A stretch of DNA of 64,000 nt. Origin: Entomortierella parvispora E1425 (lineage: Eukaryota; Fungi; Mortierellomycota). The notes below the pieces were generated by a model. It worked only from the letters and a program-made list of their open reading frames with translations, was not told the origin of the DNA and made no database searches. The position numbers and the translations under genes are program-made. The DNA lies in assembly GCA_020891255.1 (NCBI GenBank), contig BQFW01000001.1, forward strand, positions 1,240,001 to 1,304,000, given 5' to 3'. The stretch's first letter is position 1, and each line of letters starts with the position of its first letter. Below are positions 51,314 to 64,000 of this stretch, piece after piece.

Positions 51314-53753
51314 TCAATTCGACGACATAGCAGCCTCATTCTTGGGTACGATCAAGTCCCGGTAGACAATGGTGCGTGTCAAAGCAGTGATTTGTTCAGC
51401 CCTGTCTGACTTGTTTGGAATGTTCAGCCGTTCCATGACCTGCTGCACCGTCTGGATCACCGCTCCCAGCTCCGGTCCCGAGAGTGGCTGTTGTTGTTGA
51501 GCCATAAAGTCCTTGATGATCTGTGAGATCTGGACCTCGGGCCTAGCAATGGTGGCCAGATGACCGTAGTTCTGAAGAGGTTTCGTACCCCAGAGGTGCT
51601 TCTCCGCGATGGTGCCCACGACAATGATCCGTGGCTGAGGGCTCAAGGGTTGTGGAGAAGATGACGAAGCAGATCCTTGAGAGGAGTACAGTTCGAAGGG
51701 CTCCCAGTGATTGATCTTGGAGGCCATGGAGGGTTTGTTGCCTCGAACCATATGAGCCAAAGTGAGATTGGGCGATCCTCGATGATCCTTGCGCAACACA
51801 ACACGTCCTTGGATCGGTGGCGCTCCAGCCATGAAGGACTGAATGGATGAAAAGACCGCTCCTGTAGGCCCTACAAGAATGACGGGCTCTTCCTCTCCAC
51901 TATCTGCATCAATCCTTAGGGTCGCTTGCTGTTGAGCGGCGCTTGCTTCTCCTGCAGCAAAATACCGCCCAGCATGTCTGACTGAACCGCTCGGTTGAGG
52001 AGACAAGGGTGAATCAACCGAATGTGAGATTGGAGACGCGTCCTTGACCTGTAGAGCCCATACACGCGACCCGTACTCTCCAGAGGCCACAATCTCGACC
52101 AAGACCATGGATCCAAGTCCGCCCAAGGTCGTTGCGAAATCCGTGGGCGCTACACCCAAAGAAAGGGGCACATGCAGGTCCTCAGGGATAGCCCAGAACG
52201 ACATGTCCTTGCCCCTCAGATTGGAAGGACGGTTCGCTTTCAGATCAACCTTCGGCCCATCCCTCTCCACCCTTGATCCTCCTACTTCTGGGAGGCGAGG
52301 CGTCGACACGTCCATGGGAACCAAGGACTTTAAAAACCTTTGAACTCCCGAAGCAAACGAGATGCCAGTGGTCTGGACCAGCTCCACCATTTCGATCTTG
52401 ACGCGTGCTGGCGGAGAATAGGTTTCCATCGGTCCCCAGAAATCATAGCCCTCTGGGTTACGACGACTGCCGCGCTCACTAAAGATCTTTTCCAACTCGG
52501 GTCGTGTCTTTGGAAGAGGACCCAGCCCGGCGACCCAACTGGGAGCGCCTCGTTGTTCCATCCTCACCAGTGTATTATGTTCTTTCACCATATTTTCGAC
52601 CAAGTCCTGCTCCAAGTCCATGTCGAGATATTTGGGACTCAGGAACACATGAGTGATTTGGAAGGTCTGAAGACGTTGGGACGCGAGCCAGGATTGACCG
52701 ATCCGATGGAAGCGCGCCATCTGCTCGGGTCGATCATCCCAGAGATGCATGTGTTGTAGTTGTGGGTATTCAAAGAGGATATGGTAGAGGAAATCCAGCT
52801 TTGTGTTGTAGGTATGGATCTTGCGGTAGATCCGCGCACCTGCTGTGGCGGAAGCGCTTGCGTTTGTGGTATTGGTCTCTTCACGGTGGTTCCGAATTCC
52901 CTCACGACGACTGTTCTGTGCCTCCTCTCGTCGTTGCCGGCTGCCGCTCAAAGAAGGGGAAGATCCATCGTCGCCGCGATGATGCAGTCGCGGATGGTAT
53001 TGTTGTTGGTGTCGGTTTTGTTTGAGGTGATGATGATTATGGTGCTGGTGATAGTTTTCGAGAAGGGCCACGGTTGAAGGTTTGGAGGCGACGAGATCAA
53101 ACACCAACCCCTTGGCCCTTATCATCTTCAAGATTTGTGTGTTGTGGATCGGTCCAAAGCGACCCGTCAAAAGAACGGTCAAGCATACAGGATCGGCGGC
53201 TGACTGTCGGATGTTGTCCACCTAAGTCGTATTATGAAGCACAAAGTTCAGAAGGCGCGTTTATAGCAGTTTTTTTTTTGTAAACGTTTTTCTTCTTCCC
53301 TTCCCACGTTTTCCCAGGCGTTTGCTTGGAGAATAGACATCAACTTACCAGCTCTTCATTCCACCATCCGTCCCAAGCAGTGGCCTCGGCCTCTGGCCCA
53401 AGTCCGTCCAACGTGGCCGGATTGTGCCACCATCCACCTCCGACGCCATTCCACGCCTGGAGCAGTCCCACGAACGCGTGGTCCCACAGGGCCGGGTTAG
53501 GCAAAGGTGATCGAAACAGTGTTTGGTCGAAATCATAAACGTGGACCGTGTGCAACAAGGCCGTCTGGGCAGGATCTTGCAATCGAGCAAGGTTGGCGTA
53601 CGCCAGGGCAGGATGGGTCAATAGTTCGGATATTGGTTCAGTAGGGAGAGCGCTGGTGGTTGTGTTTGAAGCGGTGGCAGGTATAGTAGGTGCGGTTGTT
53701 GTAAATGACAAGGAAGCCGAAGCTTCGGTCATGTCAGTGTCCATGAACTCCAT
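51314..53753 (-). CDS. Swiss-Army-Knife RNA-repair-like HAD domain protein (HAD_SAK_1-like), about 770 aa, 2 exons
   Basis: Exons 53753-53349 and 53221-51314; VYDFDQTLFRSPLPNPALW, WW..P, LTVLLTGR, LVFDLVASKP, TKLDFL..LWDDRPEQ. Confidence 0.85.
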
Positions 53754-54322
53754 TGCAGAGGGATGTGGGGATAAAGAGAAAAAAAAAAGATCATGGATTT
53801 CCTGTTTTTAAAGAACATCGCCATGTGCGACGCAGCAATGGGGGCCAAAGCACCGCCACCACAACAAAAAAATGTTGAAAAAAATCCGCAGTTTCTGAGT
53901 CAAGGAGCGGTTTCCCGTCTGTTGTTTTTTTCTTTTTCAGAAACTGTTCTGGATGATGATGTGCATGGCAATGAAGATGGAGGTACAGATGAAGAATCAA
54001 GAGGATGATAGTGATGGCCGCAGCCGTTTATTTTTTTTTTCTTTTTTCTTTTTCAACTTTTGCCGTTGTGGGGATCCAGCTCTTTACAATGTCCAACCAC
54101 CGCGGGACTTTGGAGGGGTATTTTTGATGGCAAACCCTGATTCCACAGGCCACCATACATAAGAGAGCCCAGCACCTTTTTTCTTTCTTTCCTTTGCCTG
54201 CTCCTATCGCCCATTGAGACCATCCATCAGAAGAGAAAAAAGGGGGGAGTGCAGCAAGAGCGGCACGATGGTCGTGGTTTATCCTGCTACTCCTTTTCCC
54301 CTTCTGTTGCCCCTGATCCCTT

Positions 54323-57155
54323 TTACAGATCTTTATGCAATGTAGGCTCAAACGGTCCCATCGAGTCGCTACCTTGACCATAGCCATCACTTGACCGCCT
54401 TGATGACCCAGGCATGACCTCCAGACTACCCTCCTCAGGAATGCTGTCAATAAACTCCTCCAGCGCCGCTCTATGTTCACCGGTGGCTCCTTCCGATCCT
54501 CCCAGTGTCCACATCAACATCCAGTCCTCCGTCTTCATCACCGCGCCTAAATTCCTGAACATAAATTCCTGGGACAACTTCTTGAGTCCATACTCTTGCG
54601 AAACATGTGATGCTTGGAAGATCCGAACACAGGTGTCGACCTGAAGGTGGTGTTCATGAAGGATCGATGCACACAGCTTCTTGAGTCGCTCCAACAGATA
54701 CATGTTGGCCATGATCAGAACGTCGCTCACCACCATATAGTCCAGGTCAATATCGACCGTGTCCGTGTACAAGAACTGGAGGAACGCGTACACGACCGCA
54801 TAGGGCTCAGGTAACGTCATGGTCGCTCGAGTTGACTCAATCATCCCAGACGCATGCATGTTCCTAAAGTGAGGCCACCTGGAGGACAAGACCATCCGGT
54901 GGACGTGAATCGGCCGCGTTGATCCCTGAGCGTTGATTGTGAAATCTGAAAACTCGTCATTGTCGAGCATCATCCCCATTTGTGATTGCAGGGTCGAAGG
55001 AGGGATCTGAAAGACACCCAGATATTCCACATTAATCGACAAGACATCTCGGAAGTGGTCATAAGGTTGCGGCCGTTCCTTTTCTGTGTTTCCCAAGAAA
55101 ATCAGACTTGGGGCAGAGCCGCAATCCTCCAAATCCATCATCTCGCTCTCCACCACTGGGCAATTGTCGTCTCCTTCGCCTCCGCTGCTGTGAACACTGC
55201 CGCTACTTTGATTACTACTACTCCGGAGACGACGTGTTGGGTCGACAATCATGGCATCGTGTGCTTGTGGAGAAGAAAGTTGCCGCCGGTGACCGCCCTG
55301 CTGAGGAGGCTTCTTTGTAACGATAGTAAAGTAGTTCCAGACCATTCCCTCTCCTAAGCATTGGTCAAGGTCGAGCTTGCGCCACCCCAATTGCTCCAAA
55401 TCCAGAATCCAGAGGCCATAGAGACTTTGTTGTGTCACCTCGTGCGGATACTTTCCAAACACAACCAGTTGGTTTCCAATCGCCTCCGAGAAATGTTGAG
55501 ATTTCAGCATTACGACTTTACCAGTGATGCCAGTGTGAGGTAATACCCGGAGAGTAGTAAGGTCAATCGAGTGCAGATCCGACACGGTGCGGCCTTGTTC
55601 GTCCTTTCCTGCATATACCCAAAGCTTTGTTCCGATCAGGCAGGCCGAATGATTATACCTGGCAGGGACAGCATGTGCATCCGACCATGTCCAAGTTTCC
55701 AAGTTCAATATCCTCATTTCTTCCAGAACATATGTGCCTGCGCGCATAAAAATAGGGAATGGAAGGTCAGTTATTGGAGAGACATGATTGAGCAGACAAG
55801 CCATGTTCCCTGGCGGGACAATAGTCAAAAGAAAGGACAGTCTATGATACGTACATTTTGAGTTCTTGGCGAATCCTCCATAGACATACATCTTGTTCTT
55901 GTAAACCGTTGCCGAATGCAAATAACGTGCTGGCACCTCGCCTCTGATTTCCGGCCTTGACCATGTCCGGTTTTGAAGCGAAAAGACAATCACATCGTCT
56001 CGGTATTCATCGTATTCATTCGATCCTCCTATTTATAGGTTGGATCCAAGTGCACAATGGGGTCAATTTAAACACAATAACGATCTGTATCGTAATCATC
56101 CCACAACGTCAAAGGCTAGAAATATGCTGAGATAAAACACAGATCCTTACCAAAGACAATGATATGCTGGTTCCAGAGCACGGCCGTGTGCCCATAGCGT
56201 TTTGTCGGGGGCACGCCCTCCTTTGTCTATTCCAGGCACAGGTTTGATTGTCAGGGGCAAACAAAAAAAAATGAGAAACACAAATTGGTCAGTCGTCTGT
56301 GCACGCGTTCACTTTTTCTTGTTAAATAACACTGTGGACACAAAGGTCTTAACAAAAACTCCTGTTGGGTGGTCCGCTGGTCCTCTTCTTGTGTCCTGTC
56401 CTCGACCTTGTGTCTTCAAGTCTTTGCCCCCCACTCTCTCTTTCCCCCTTGTGAGAGCGTCTCCTCTCCTTGTCGTTGGGTTTTGCGTTGGGAGCTTTTC
56501 CACTTTCCCCTCCTCCCCCCCTTTCGACCTCGCCGCCCTGTTCGTTAAGTTTACGCTCATCTCTCTCCGTCCTTTTCTTTAGACAAGGTTGGTCGAATGT
56601 GGCGAGAATGACAAGATCCTGCGCGATTCCCCTGCGGGGTCCCTGATACATTCGCGAAGAAAGCATTGCATTTTTTCTGCTTGCACAATGCCCAATTGGT
56701 CAGGTTCGCTTTCGTCCTGCCTTCTTCCTCCCCCTTGTTCCTCACCCTCACCCCCCCCCCCCCCCAATGCTGGTCAATGAATGTCATCTTTCTTTTCTTT
56801 TGTTGGCACCAAAAAAGAAGAAAGAAAAAATTACGCATCATGATCGCGTATCTGTGTTGTGTGGGTTTGGGGCAGCTTTGGGGAATATGCAATCCTTCCA
56901 GATGATCGTCAACCGATATAATACTCCGCACCTCATAAAAAATGCACCGCATAACTCGCACTGCTCTGTCCAAGAATGAAAACTTACCAAGACGCATTCC
57001 CAATGCATGGTTGACAGGTCCAGCACATGGAGATCATTCGTGACATGACCGCCTCCGCCAAACAAATAGAGTTTCTGATCCACTCGCGTGAACGAGGGCC
57101 GCCAGAGTCCGACGAGGTTCTGGCCGGTCGTGGTGCACGGCTTTGCAAACTTCAT
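54323..57155 (-). CDS. Kelch-repeat plus BTB/POZ protein (LZTR1/Mds3-like), multi-exon
   Basis: Kelch motifs (KLYLFGG, ARYLHSA..MYVYGG, RYNHSA..LWVYAG); BTB FSDFTI..IHVHRMVLSSRWPHFRNM..FLQFLYTD. Confidence 0.88.
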
Positions 57156-57232
57156 GGAAGTTGTTGTTGGGTAGGCTTTTTCCTTTTGCTGCAAGGGGGT
57201 AAGACGGACAGAGTCGAAAAAGCGAGACAGAG

Positions 57233-57240
<8 letters not shown>

Positions 57241-57274
<34 letters not shown>
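57241..57274. repeat. (AG)n microsatellite
   Basis: Direct reading. Confidence 0.95.
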
Positions 57275-57277
<3 letters not shown>

Positions 57278-57992
57278 GAGGGAAAGAAAGAGATAGAAAA
57301 GACAAAGGGAAAGAGACACAGAGACACAGACAGAGAGCGCTCCGCTTCTTGTTGAATGAATGTGGTTTTTGGGGTCGTTCAGGTAGCCGATGTTATCGTG
57401 GGATTGCCCCGTAAAAAGGTACTGTCTCCAGAAGGGTAGCTGAATAGGATGATTGTGACGGTGACGAGTGCTTGAGGACAGCGGGCTGGGGTATGGCTGT
57501 TGGGTATGAATGGGTGCTACGAATGGGTGGCTTGACCGCTAGGAATGGATGTTGGGGGGAAGAGGGGGGAACTGAATCGAGTAGGAGTGGTAGGCGGGAA
57601 GGTGATGCGTAATGTGGAATGAGAGGTGAAGGTGAATGGAGGAAGAAAAAAAAGAGGCGGAAGAGAGGAGGGAGGGAAAAAGACAGGGAGGGACGCAATA
57701 AACCATATCAGAAAATAAAGGAGTCAATGGCCCATCGTCAAGGACACACGCACACACACACACGACTTGATCCAAGCTGCGAACGCAATGTCCAGGCGCA
57801 ACAGTCAGCATATTGATCCAGCCAGGTCTCTGTCCCCTTCTTGCGGCTTGCAAGGGAGCAGCGCAACGTTCCTTTTATTCAACCGTAAAAAAACATAGTA
57901 TATACAGCAATTGAAAGCAGAAACAGTAGCAATGGAGCATGGGCCACACATCTGTCTTCGGATCTGAAAAGAATGCCTCCTGGAGTTCCATT

Positions 57993-59142
57993 TCATCGCT
58001 CATATTGTGTTTGCACGTCCGTCAACGGCACATACTATCGATGGGGAGTCATGCACACACCAACTGGGGCAGTTAGCTCTCAGTTCTCGGACACGGACAC
58101 GGACACCGTGATGGACCAATCGTCACTTACCCACACATCCATGGTTCGGGATTTGGTGACACGACCGTTCTTGTCTTTGTCAACCACATAGATGCCTTGG
58201 CCTGCTCTATCGGATACAGGGATAAACATCCTTCCTGGAGCCTTCAGTTGTTCAACAAGCTCTTTGTGCATAGATTCTGCCGCAGCTCCAACATGACTAG
58301 AGTAGGACAAAAAAAGAACAAAACAAAAACAGCATTGCAGATGTTGTTAGTAGGGGGCTGCTGCAGGGGCTAGAAACAAAAATGAACCTTGATTGTCTTT
58401 TTTAGTCAGGAATTGACCGAAATTATTACATGCAATCATAAGGTGCCTCTTGCGGAAAGCCAACGCGGCCATCTGCAGCAAAGAACGCGACTCGACCTTC
58501 CTCCAGAAATGAAGGCTGATCCTTAGCTGTGTTCTTCTTGGACTGTTCCACCAATTCTGGGATATGCTCTACTCCGACGACGCGTCCTGTAGGACCAACC
58601 ATATGCGCCATACACACTGTCAAATATCCACTGCCACTGCCAATATCTAGAACTGTTGAAAATTGAACATTCCAATAAAGCATCAATCAGAAGGCATTCA
58701 AGGAGTCTTCATGATCCGTAAACTTTTCCATACGAATATGCCTAGGGGGAACACGCCGTAGGCGTTGCGCCCTTACGGACGTCCGCTGTTACCTTTAGCA
58801 CCTTCACCCAGATAGGGGGAAAGACTCTCCAGAGCAGCCGCATGCATGTGTGGCGCCGAGATTGTGGATTGGTGTCCGATCGTTTGAGGAGCATCCTATG
58901 GGAAATCAAAGAGCCCACGGAACAAGGAGGCCGTTAGGTTAGCGTTTGTCGTTCAATTTCAAAAGAGTCGAAATACGGAACGAGGGCAAAGAGGACGTTA
59001 CCTCGTACGGTTTGTATCTGGAAAAATGGCCACGGTCCACAGCCAGCATTGCAGCCTTGACAGCTGGGTCTTTGATGATGTGGGCTCGGGCCAGGTTTTG
59101 AATGAGCTCCTCATTGGAATTGCCTGAACATCTCCAAGCCAT
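57993..59142 (-). CDS. PCMT1: Protein-L-isoaspartate O-methyltransferase (PIMT), multi-exon
   Basis: MAWRCSG.SNEELI; [10 protein letters not shown]; TISAPHMHA; [11 protein letters not shown]; GDG-like ADGRVG..APYD.IHVGAAA; [12 protein letters not shown]; YVPLTD. Confidence 0.95.
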
Positions 59143-59389
59143 GATTGTAGTTACCCGTGTATGTACCAGTAAAGCAGGTGCTGCTTGCAAGGGTTTGATG
59201 GAGCAGTGTCGAAAGACAGGTTTTATAAGGGATGAAGGGACGAGGAATGAGGAGTAAAAGAAAGGCATGAGGTGGTCAATGTGTGTGTGTGGGCCCGTAA
59301 ATGGATGGGGTCACCTGACAGATGCCAGCTGACAAGTTTTTTTTTTTTTTTTTTTGGTATTATTATATATTTCCTTCCTTCCCTATCCG

Positions 59390-60368
59390 CTATCCGCGGT
59401 ACTTTTTGAAGGTGGCGGCCAGGTTCTCGCCTGCCTTCAACGCAGCCATGCATTGGTCATCGGCCGCAGTAGACTTTTTACATTGGGTTTCAACTTGAGC
59501 CAACATGTCCTTGGGGATAACTACAATGCCATCCGCATCCGCAACGATATAATCGCCAGCATGGATCGTCACAGCCGGGTGGTTGGGGTTTGGTTGCATC
59601 GTGATTGGAGCGTTCAGAGTCGATGCGCGTGTGAAAGGACCTGCGCCCATGATGGAAGTTGCCTTGGCAAAGACCTACCATATAACAAGAACCGCAAAAC
59701 AATTGTCAACACATGGGTGCATACATTTGGTTGATATTACGCGAAAACATCCTTTCATTACAGGGAAGCCAGCTTCACGCTGCTCGTTAAGATCGCGAAT
59801 ACGACCGTCCACGATAACACCAAGAGCGCCCTTGACCTGGGCACGAGCAGTCATGAGTCCTCCCCAAACAGCGTTGACCATATTGGCAGGCTGCGAGATG
59901 CAGACGACGGACCCCTCGGGAATAGCATCAACAAAGTGTTGATCTGGCTTTGGAGACTCCTTGTCCGAAGCGGGGACCATCTACAGTAAAAAGAGATCGA
60001 GGTGAAAGGCAAGTAATTTCAGCGATAGCGACAAAGTGGAGAGGATTGACAGTCTGCTTCAGGTCGCGCTTGGTCAGCATCCAGATAGATCATTACCTGA
60101 ACAGTGTAAGCAGGTCCAAAGACTATAGGATTGATCAAAAATAAGAGGCATTAAGGGATGAGAAGGGATGTACCGAGGATGGTGCCATTGAGGGTCAGAG
60201 AGCAGGAAGGAAGGGTTTACCCCGCGTGTTGCCGCCCTTGAATTGCGGACTCCAGAGATGGATATCGGGGATATAACCTGCGCTGGTGTGGCCCAGGGTG
60301 AGGAGCGCGTCAGCCACGTCGCAGCTGGCGTAGAAAGGGAGGGCTTCGGTGTGAGATGCGGATGCCAT
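59390..60368 (-). CDS. RraA-like / HMG-aldolase family protein, multi-exon
   Basis: SCDVADAL; AVWGGLMTARAQVKGALGVIVDGRIRDLNE; IHAGDYIVADADGIVVIP. Confidence 0.92.
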
Positions 60369-60699
60369 TGGAATGAATGTGGTGGATTAGAGGATTGAAG
60401 ATTGAGAATAAAGAAGATGAGAGTCAAGTGGGGATTGATGGGGATATGCTCGAGGTTCCTCTTAAGCTGAAGGTGGGTGTGCGAATCACAGCCACCACGT
60501 CACTTTGCAGAGGGAGAGCATGCTCGCCCTTCATTCCCTTCCCTTCCTTCCTTTCTTTGCCCCCAACTCTTGCTTTCTCTTCCTCTTCGCCTCCCTCAAC
60601 TTGGTTGACTCTCTCTCGCCATTGCCCCTGCCAAACTCAACCTCAACGAAATTCACTGTTCTTCAGGGCGTCGATTCACTTTTACCTACTTCACACACA

Positions 60700-62865
60700 A
60701 TGGAGGCCCTTGACCAGCTTACCGAGGACCAGAAGGGCATCCTCCAAAACTACCTCGTAAGCAACCTGACCGTACCATCGATACCCTTTGACATGGGTAT
60801 CTTAAAGATGGATGGAGAGAAAGAACGACAGCGCATCAGCCGCCACTGAATGCAGTGCTTACCGCGCCTCTGGCTCTTTTCATTGTCGACATGTAGGCTG
60901 TCACAGGACAAAACGACCTCGAGGTGGCTATCCTCGCGTTGGAACATCACTCTTGGCAACTTGAGGTAGGTGTTGAGTCGCTGATGCGACCTTGACTCTC
61001 TTAGCTGTCATGAACACCGGACCCGACAAACTGACCATGGAAACGCAACATCCACCCCTTTTTGGAATGCATCGTTAGACTGCGGTTCAGGCACAGTTTG
61101 GAGACACACGTATGCCTTCGCGGCCAGACGAGGCCTTGGGCGGTCTTGGTGTAGATCATATTGCAAACGACGAGGGAGGCGTCGATGACCATGCTCCACC
61201 ACTCCCGCCTCCTCCGCCGCCAGCGCCTCGCCAGGCACCAAGGTTTGACTTGTTGGCTTTTTTTTTCGACTCCAGTAAACGACTCTTCCACGTAGCATCA
61301 TTCTAACTTCTTTCATGTTCCAATCGTTCTAATATCAGGCCAACAAGCACCTTTGTGAGTGAATGCGGCAAAGCAAATCAAATTGTCGATGACTGGATAC
61401 AGTGGGATATTTAAGCTTACATGCTGACAATCGACGTTTTATACTGTGGCTGTCTTTAGTCTCGAAGCTTTCTATCTTGGTTCTCTTGGCCCATCAACAC
61501 GATCTGGGGCGTAACTTGGTCTTTCCTAGCGTACTTCTGTAAGAACAATCGGTCTTCAATGCGCAAATCAAAGCGGAAGCACAGCGGATCGCCCGTTTTT
61601 ATTCATTGTCCGTGGCCAACCTAACAAATCTCTCCGATCCAAAAAAAATAATATATAGACACGTTGTTCCCTCAAACATTTAGACAGGCGATCACAGGTC
61701 AATCTACGCGATCTGGACCCTCTCGACCTCCACAGGACCCAGCTTCAGTTGCAGCCCGTTTCCTGCGTGAATATGAGGAAAGCTACGGAGCGACACATCC
61801 CAACTTTTATGCTGGCGGCTACTCTGCAGCTCTGAACAGGGCCAAGAACGACCTCAAGTTCTTGGTTGTGTACTTACATTCGGATGAGCATGACGCGACA
61901 GAAAAATTCTGTAAGGAGACTCTGTCGGATAGCGACTTGCTTTCATACTTGAGGACAAACGATTTTCTGGTCTGGGGAGGCAATGTCAAGGAGACCGAGG
62001 GATTCCAGGGTAAGCATATGTCTGAAGTCTTTCAACAATGAAGGGTGACGACCAGACTTGTTTTCATTGCAAATTCTGACCCAAGTTGTACGTTTTCATT
62101 CCAGTCGCGACCACATTGCAGACCGTCCGCTACCCATTCATTGGCGTCATTGCACTTTCTCAGCCTACGTCTGGATCATCAGCTACAAAGATGGTGCTTA
62201 TTGATCGGATTGAAGGACCCTCGACTGCAGAGCAAATTATTCAGAGACTGACGCAGCAGGTGACTCGCCAATCCGCCGCCCTGGAGAGACTCCGAGCCGA
62301 ACGTCGGGAGAGAGACATGGCGCGCGAGATTCGTCAACAACAGGATGATGCTTACCAACAGTCCCTCCGAGCTGATCGTGAGAAGGCCCGCCAGCAAAAG
62401 GAGGCTCGTGAAGCAGCCGAGCTCAAAAAGAAGGAGCAGGAGAGAATTGAGGCTGAAAAGGAGGCTGCTCTGACTCGTCGTGAACGTCATTTGAAGTTTC
62501 TCTTTGAAAACTTGCCAGAGGAGCCTGCTGTGGGCGAATCAGGCTGTGCCCGCTTAAGCTTCAAGCTGTGGAATGGAGAGCGAGTGATCCGTCGGTTCCG
62601 AGGCGATGAACCTGTAGAGCATGTGTACATCTTCATTGAGACCATCGAATTCCGTGAGAACGGTTCCAAGGCAGAGCTGCAGCTAGAGGCTGAGGAGCAT
62701 GTTGGCTACAAGCACGAATATGATTTCGTTTTGATCTCACCTTTCCCACGAACCAAGGTCACAGACAGGGAGAAGCAGATCAAGGATGAGCATGCCTTGT
62801 GGCCAAGTGCCAGTTTGGTCGTCGAGTTGGTGGATGAAAATGCCGATGAGGACATCCAGGAATAG
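60700..62865 (+). CDS. UBX domain protein (FAF2/Ubx2-like: UBA-like, UAS, coiled coil, UBX), multi-exon
   Basis: AKNDLKFLVVYLHSDEHD..FC..L..WGG (UAS domain); REIRQQQDDAYQQSLRADREK; RLSFKLWNGERVIRRF..SPFPR (UBX). Confidence 0.9.
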
Positions 62866-63007
62866 ATTGCAATACATCGCGACTGCTTGACTCGCACAAT
62901 TGATCCAAATGATCCAAATCGTCCACTACATGTAGACCCTTCCTCTCTCCTTAATATGACTTTGCAAAAGAAATGCATGATGGGGTTTTATTAGAAATAC
63001 AATGTTG

Positions 63008-63929
63008 TTAAAAGTCCATGTCGACTTGGTGGTGGGAAGACAGATCTTCGTGCTCTCCGCTGTCTACTTTTGAGTTGTCGGATCTTGCGCGGATCAAATC
63101 CATCTACATATGAAGAAACAAACTTGTGTTAATGATCCTTGCCGTGGAAAATCAAGTCATGGACCAATGCAGGACGCAAGGATCCTGATTCCTTGATACT
63201 CAAACATTGATCCTCGAGTCTGTTGATCCTGCCTTCTCTGCAAAATCGTTACCTCAAACTTGTTCTTCATGCTGCCGACATTTTGGATCAGTTCCGTCAC
63301 AGCGTTACCGAGAACATGTGCTGGAGTGGTATCGGGTGTTGTCTGGACCTTGAGGATAAAGTAGTGGTCCAATGGATGTGGCATCTTGTATCCTGCAAAC
63401 AACACTTTTGGGTCTTCCAGTAGTTGCCTAGAGAAAGCAAGTGCAGAAAAAAAAGTAACGAAGCGTCAGGACAAGTTGTCCGCAGAAAGAATGGTAGTAT
63501 CCATGTCCATGACAGATGTCGTATAGCTCCACGAGCAGGACGGGGTGCTTTTGTTTCGACAAGAGAGTCCCCTTTCTCGAATTTCCACGGTTGCCCTGCA
63601 CACGCACAGACTGCGACAATGCACAATATATGTCTCCTTGTCCTCGGAGCCTCTGTTTTGTTCCTGATAGAGCATGACAAGGACTTACATGCGGAGCATG
63701 TTGGCTAATGTGTGGTCTTCCTTCTCAACTTTAAATGTGGCTGCGTTGGGGATCTTTGTGTCGGGTGTCACTGTCAACCTATACACCAAGGCAAATCACC
63801 ATGAAGGTTAGTTTTCTAGGTGAAGCAAGAGCAACTGTCGTCCATGGTAGTTTGGTTGAAGGCGGTAGTGCCATACTTCTTGACACCGTCAGGGAGCACA
63901 AAGAGTTCGAAGCGATCGGGGGCGTTCAT
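63008..63929 (-). CDS. RPB11: RNA polymerase II subunit RPB11, multi-exon
   Basis: MNAPDRFELFVL; NAATFKVEKEDHTLANMLR; VLFAGYKMPHPL..LKVQTT. Confidence 0.95.
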
Positions 63930-64000
63930 GGCGAGAGACTATAAAGAGATGTAGTCTGTGTGATGTGGTCCAATGCCCTGATGTGAGTGATCGATGGCAC

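Noticed and set aside
51314-60368. Apparent 'repair' cluster (HAD_SAK RNA repair, PIMT protein repair, RraA-like)
   Set aside because: Ordinary housekeeping neighbours; adjacency alone is no evidence of a functional cluster in a fungal genome.

Overview
Intron-rich fungal genomic DNA, inferred to be Mortierellaceae (Mucoromycota s.l.) from the gene families, intron style and Crinkler-type genes. The flanks hold ordinary genes: a division-II chitin synthase (4.6-9.3 kb), PIH1, TMEM62-like phosphoesterase, HAD_SAK RNA-repair-like protein, Kelch-BTB protein, PIMT, RraA-like aldolase, UBX protein and RPB11. Between them is an accessory/effector-like zone. It contains an intron-containing Crypton-type tyrosine-recombinase gene whose first catalytic Arg appears replaced by Cys, an LRR-like family gene, a secreted S41 peptidase and small secreted peptides. 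It also contains two non-autonomous Mutator-like elements with exact 9-bp TSDs, one carrying a Zn-finger ORF. The most notable feature is a set of Crinkler(CRN)-header genes: (i) a CRN-PB1 fusion; (ii) two near-identical CRN-NTPase-PD(D/E)XK paralogues whose differences cluster in short patches, including the nuclease QxK motif (intact in one copy, HxN in the other); (iii) at two loci 22 kb apart, a CRN gene sits head-to-head with a decayed 'MLKVLCAIDG' header-AAA-ATPase-nuclease gene sharing a homologous promoter. All domain names come from motif recognition by eye; no database search was run.
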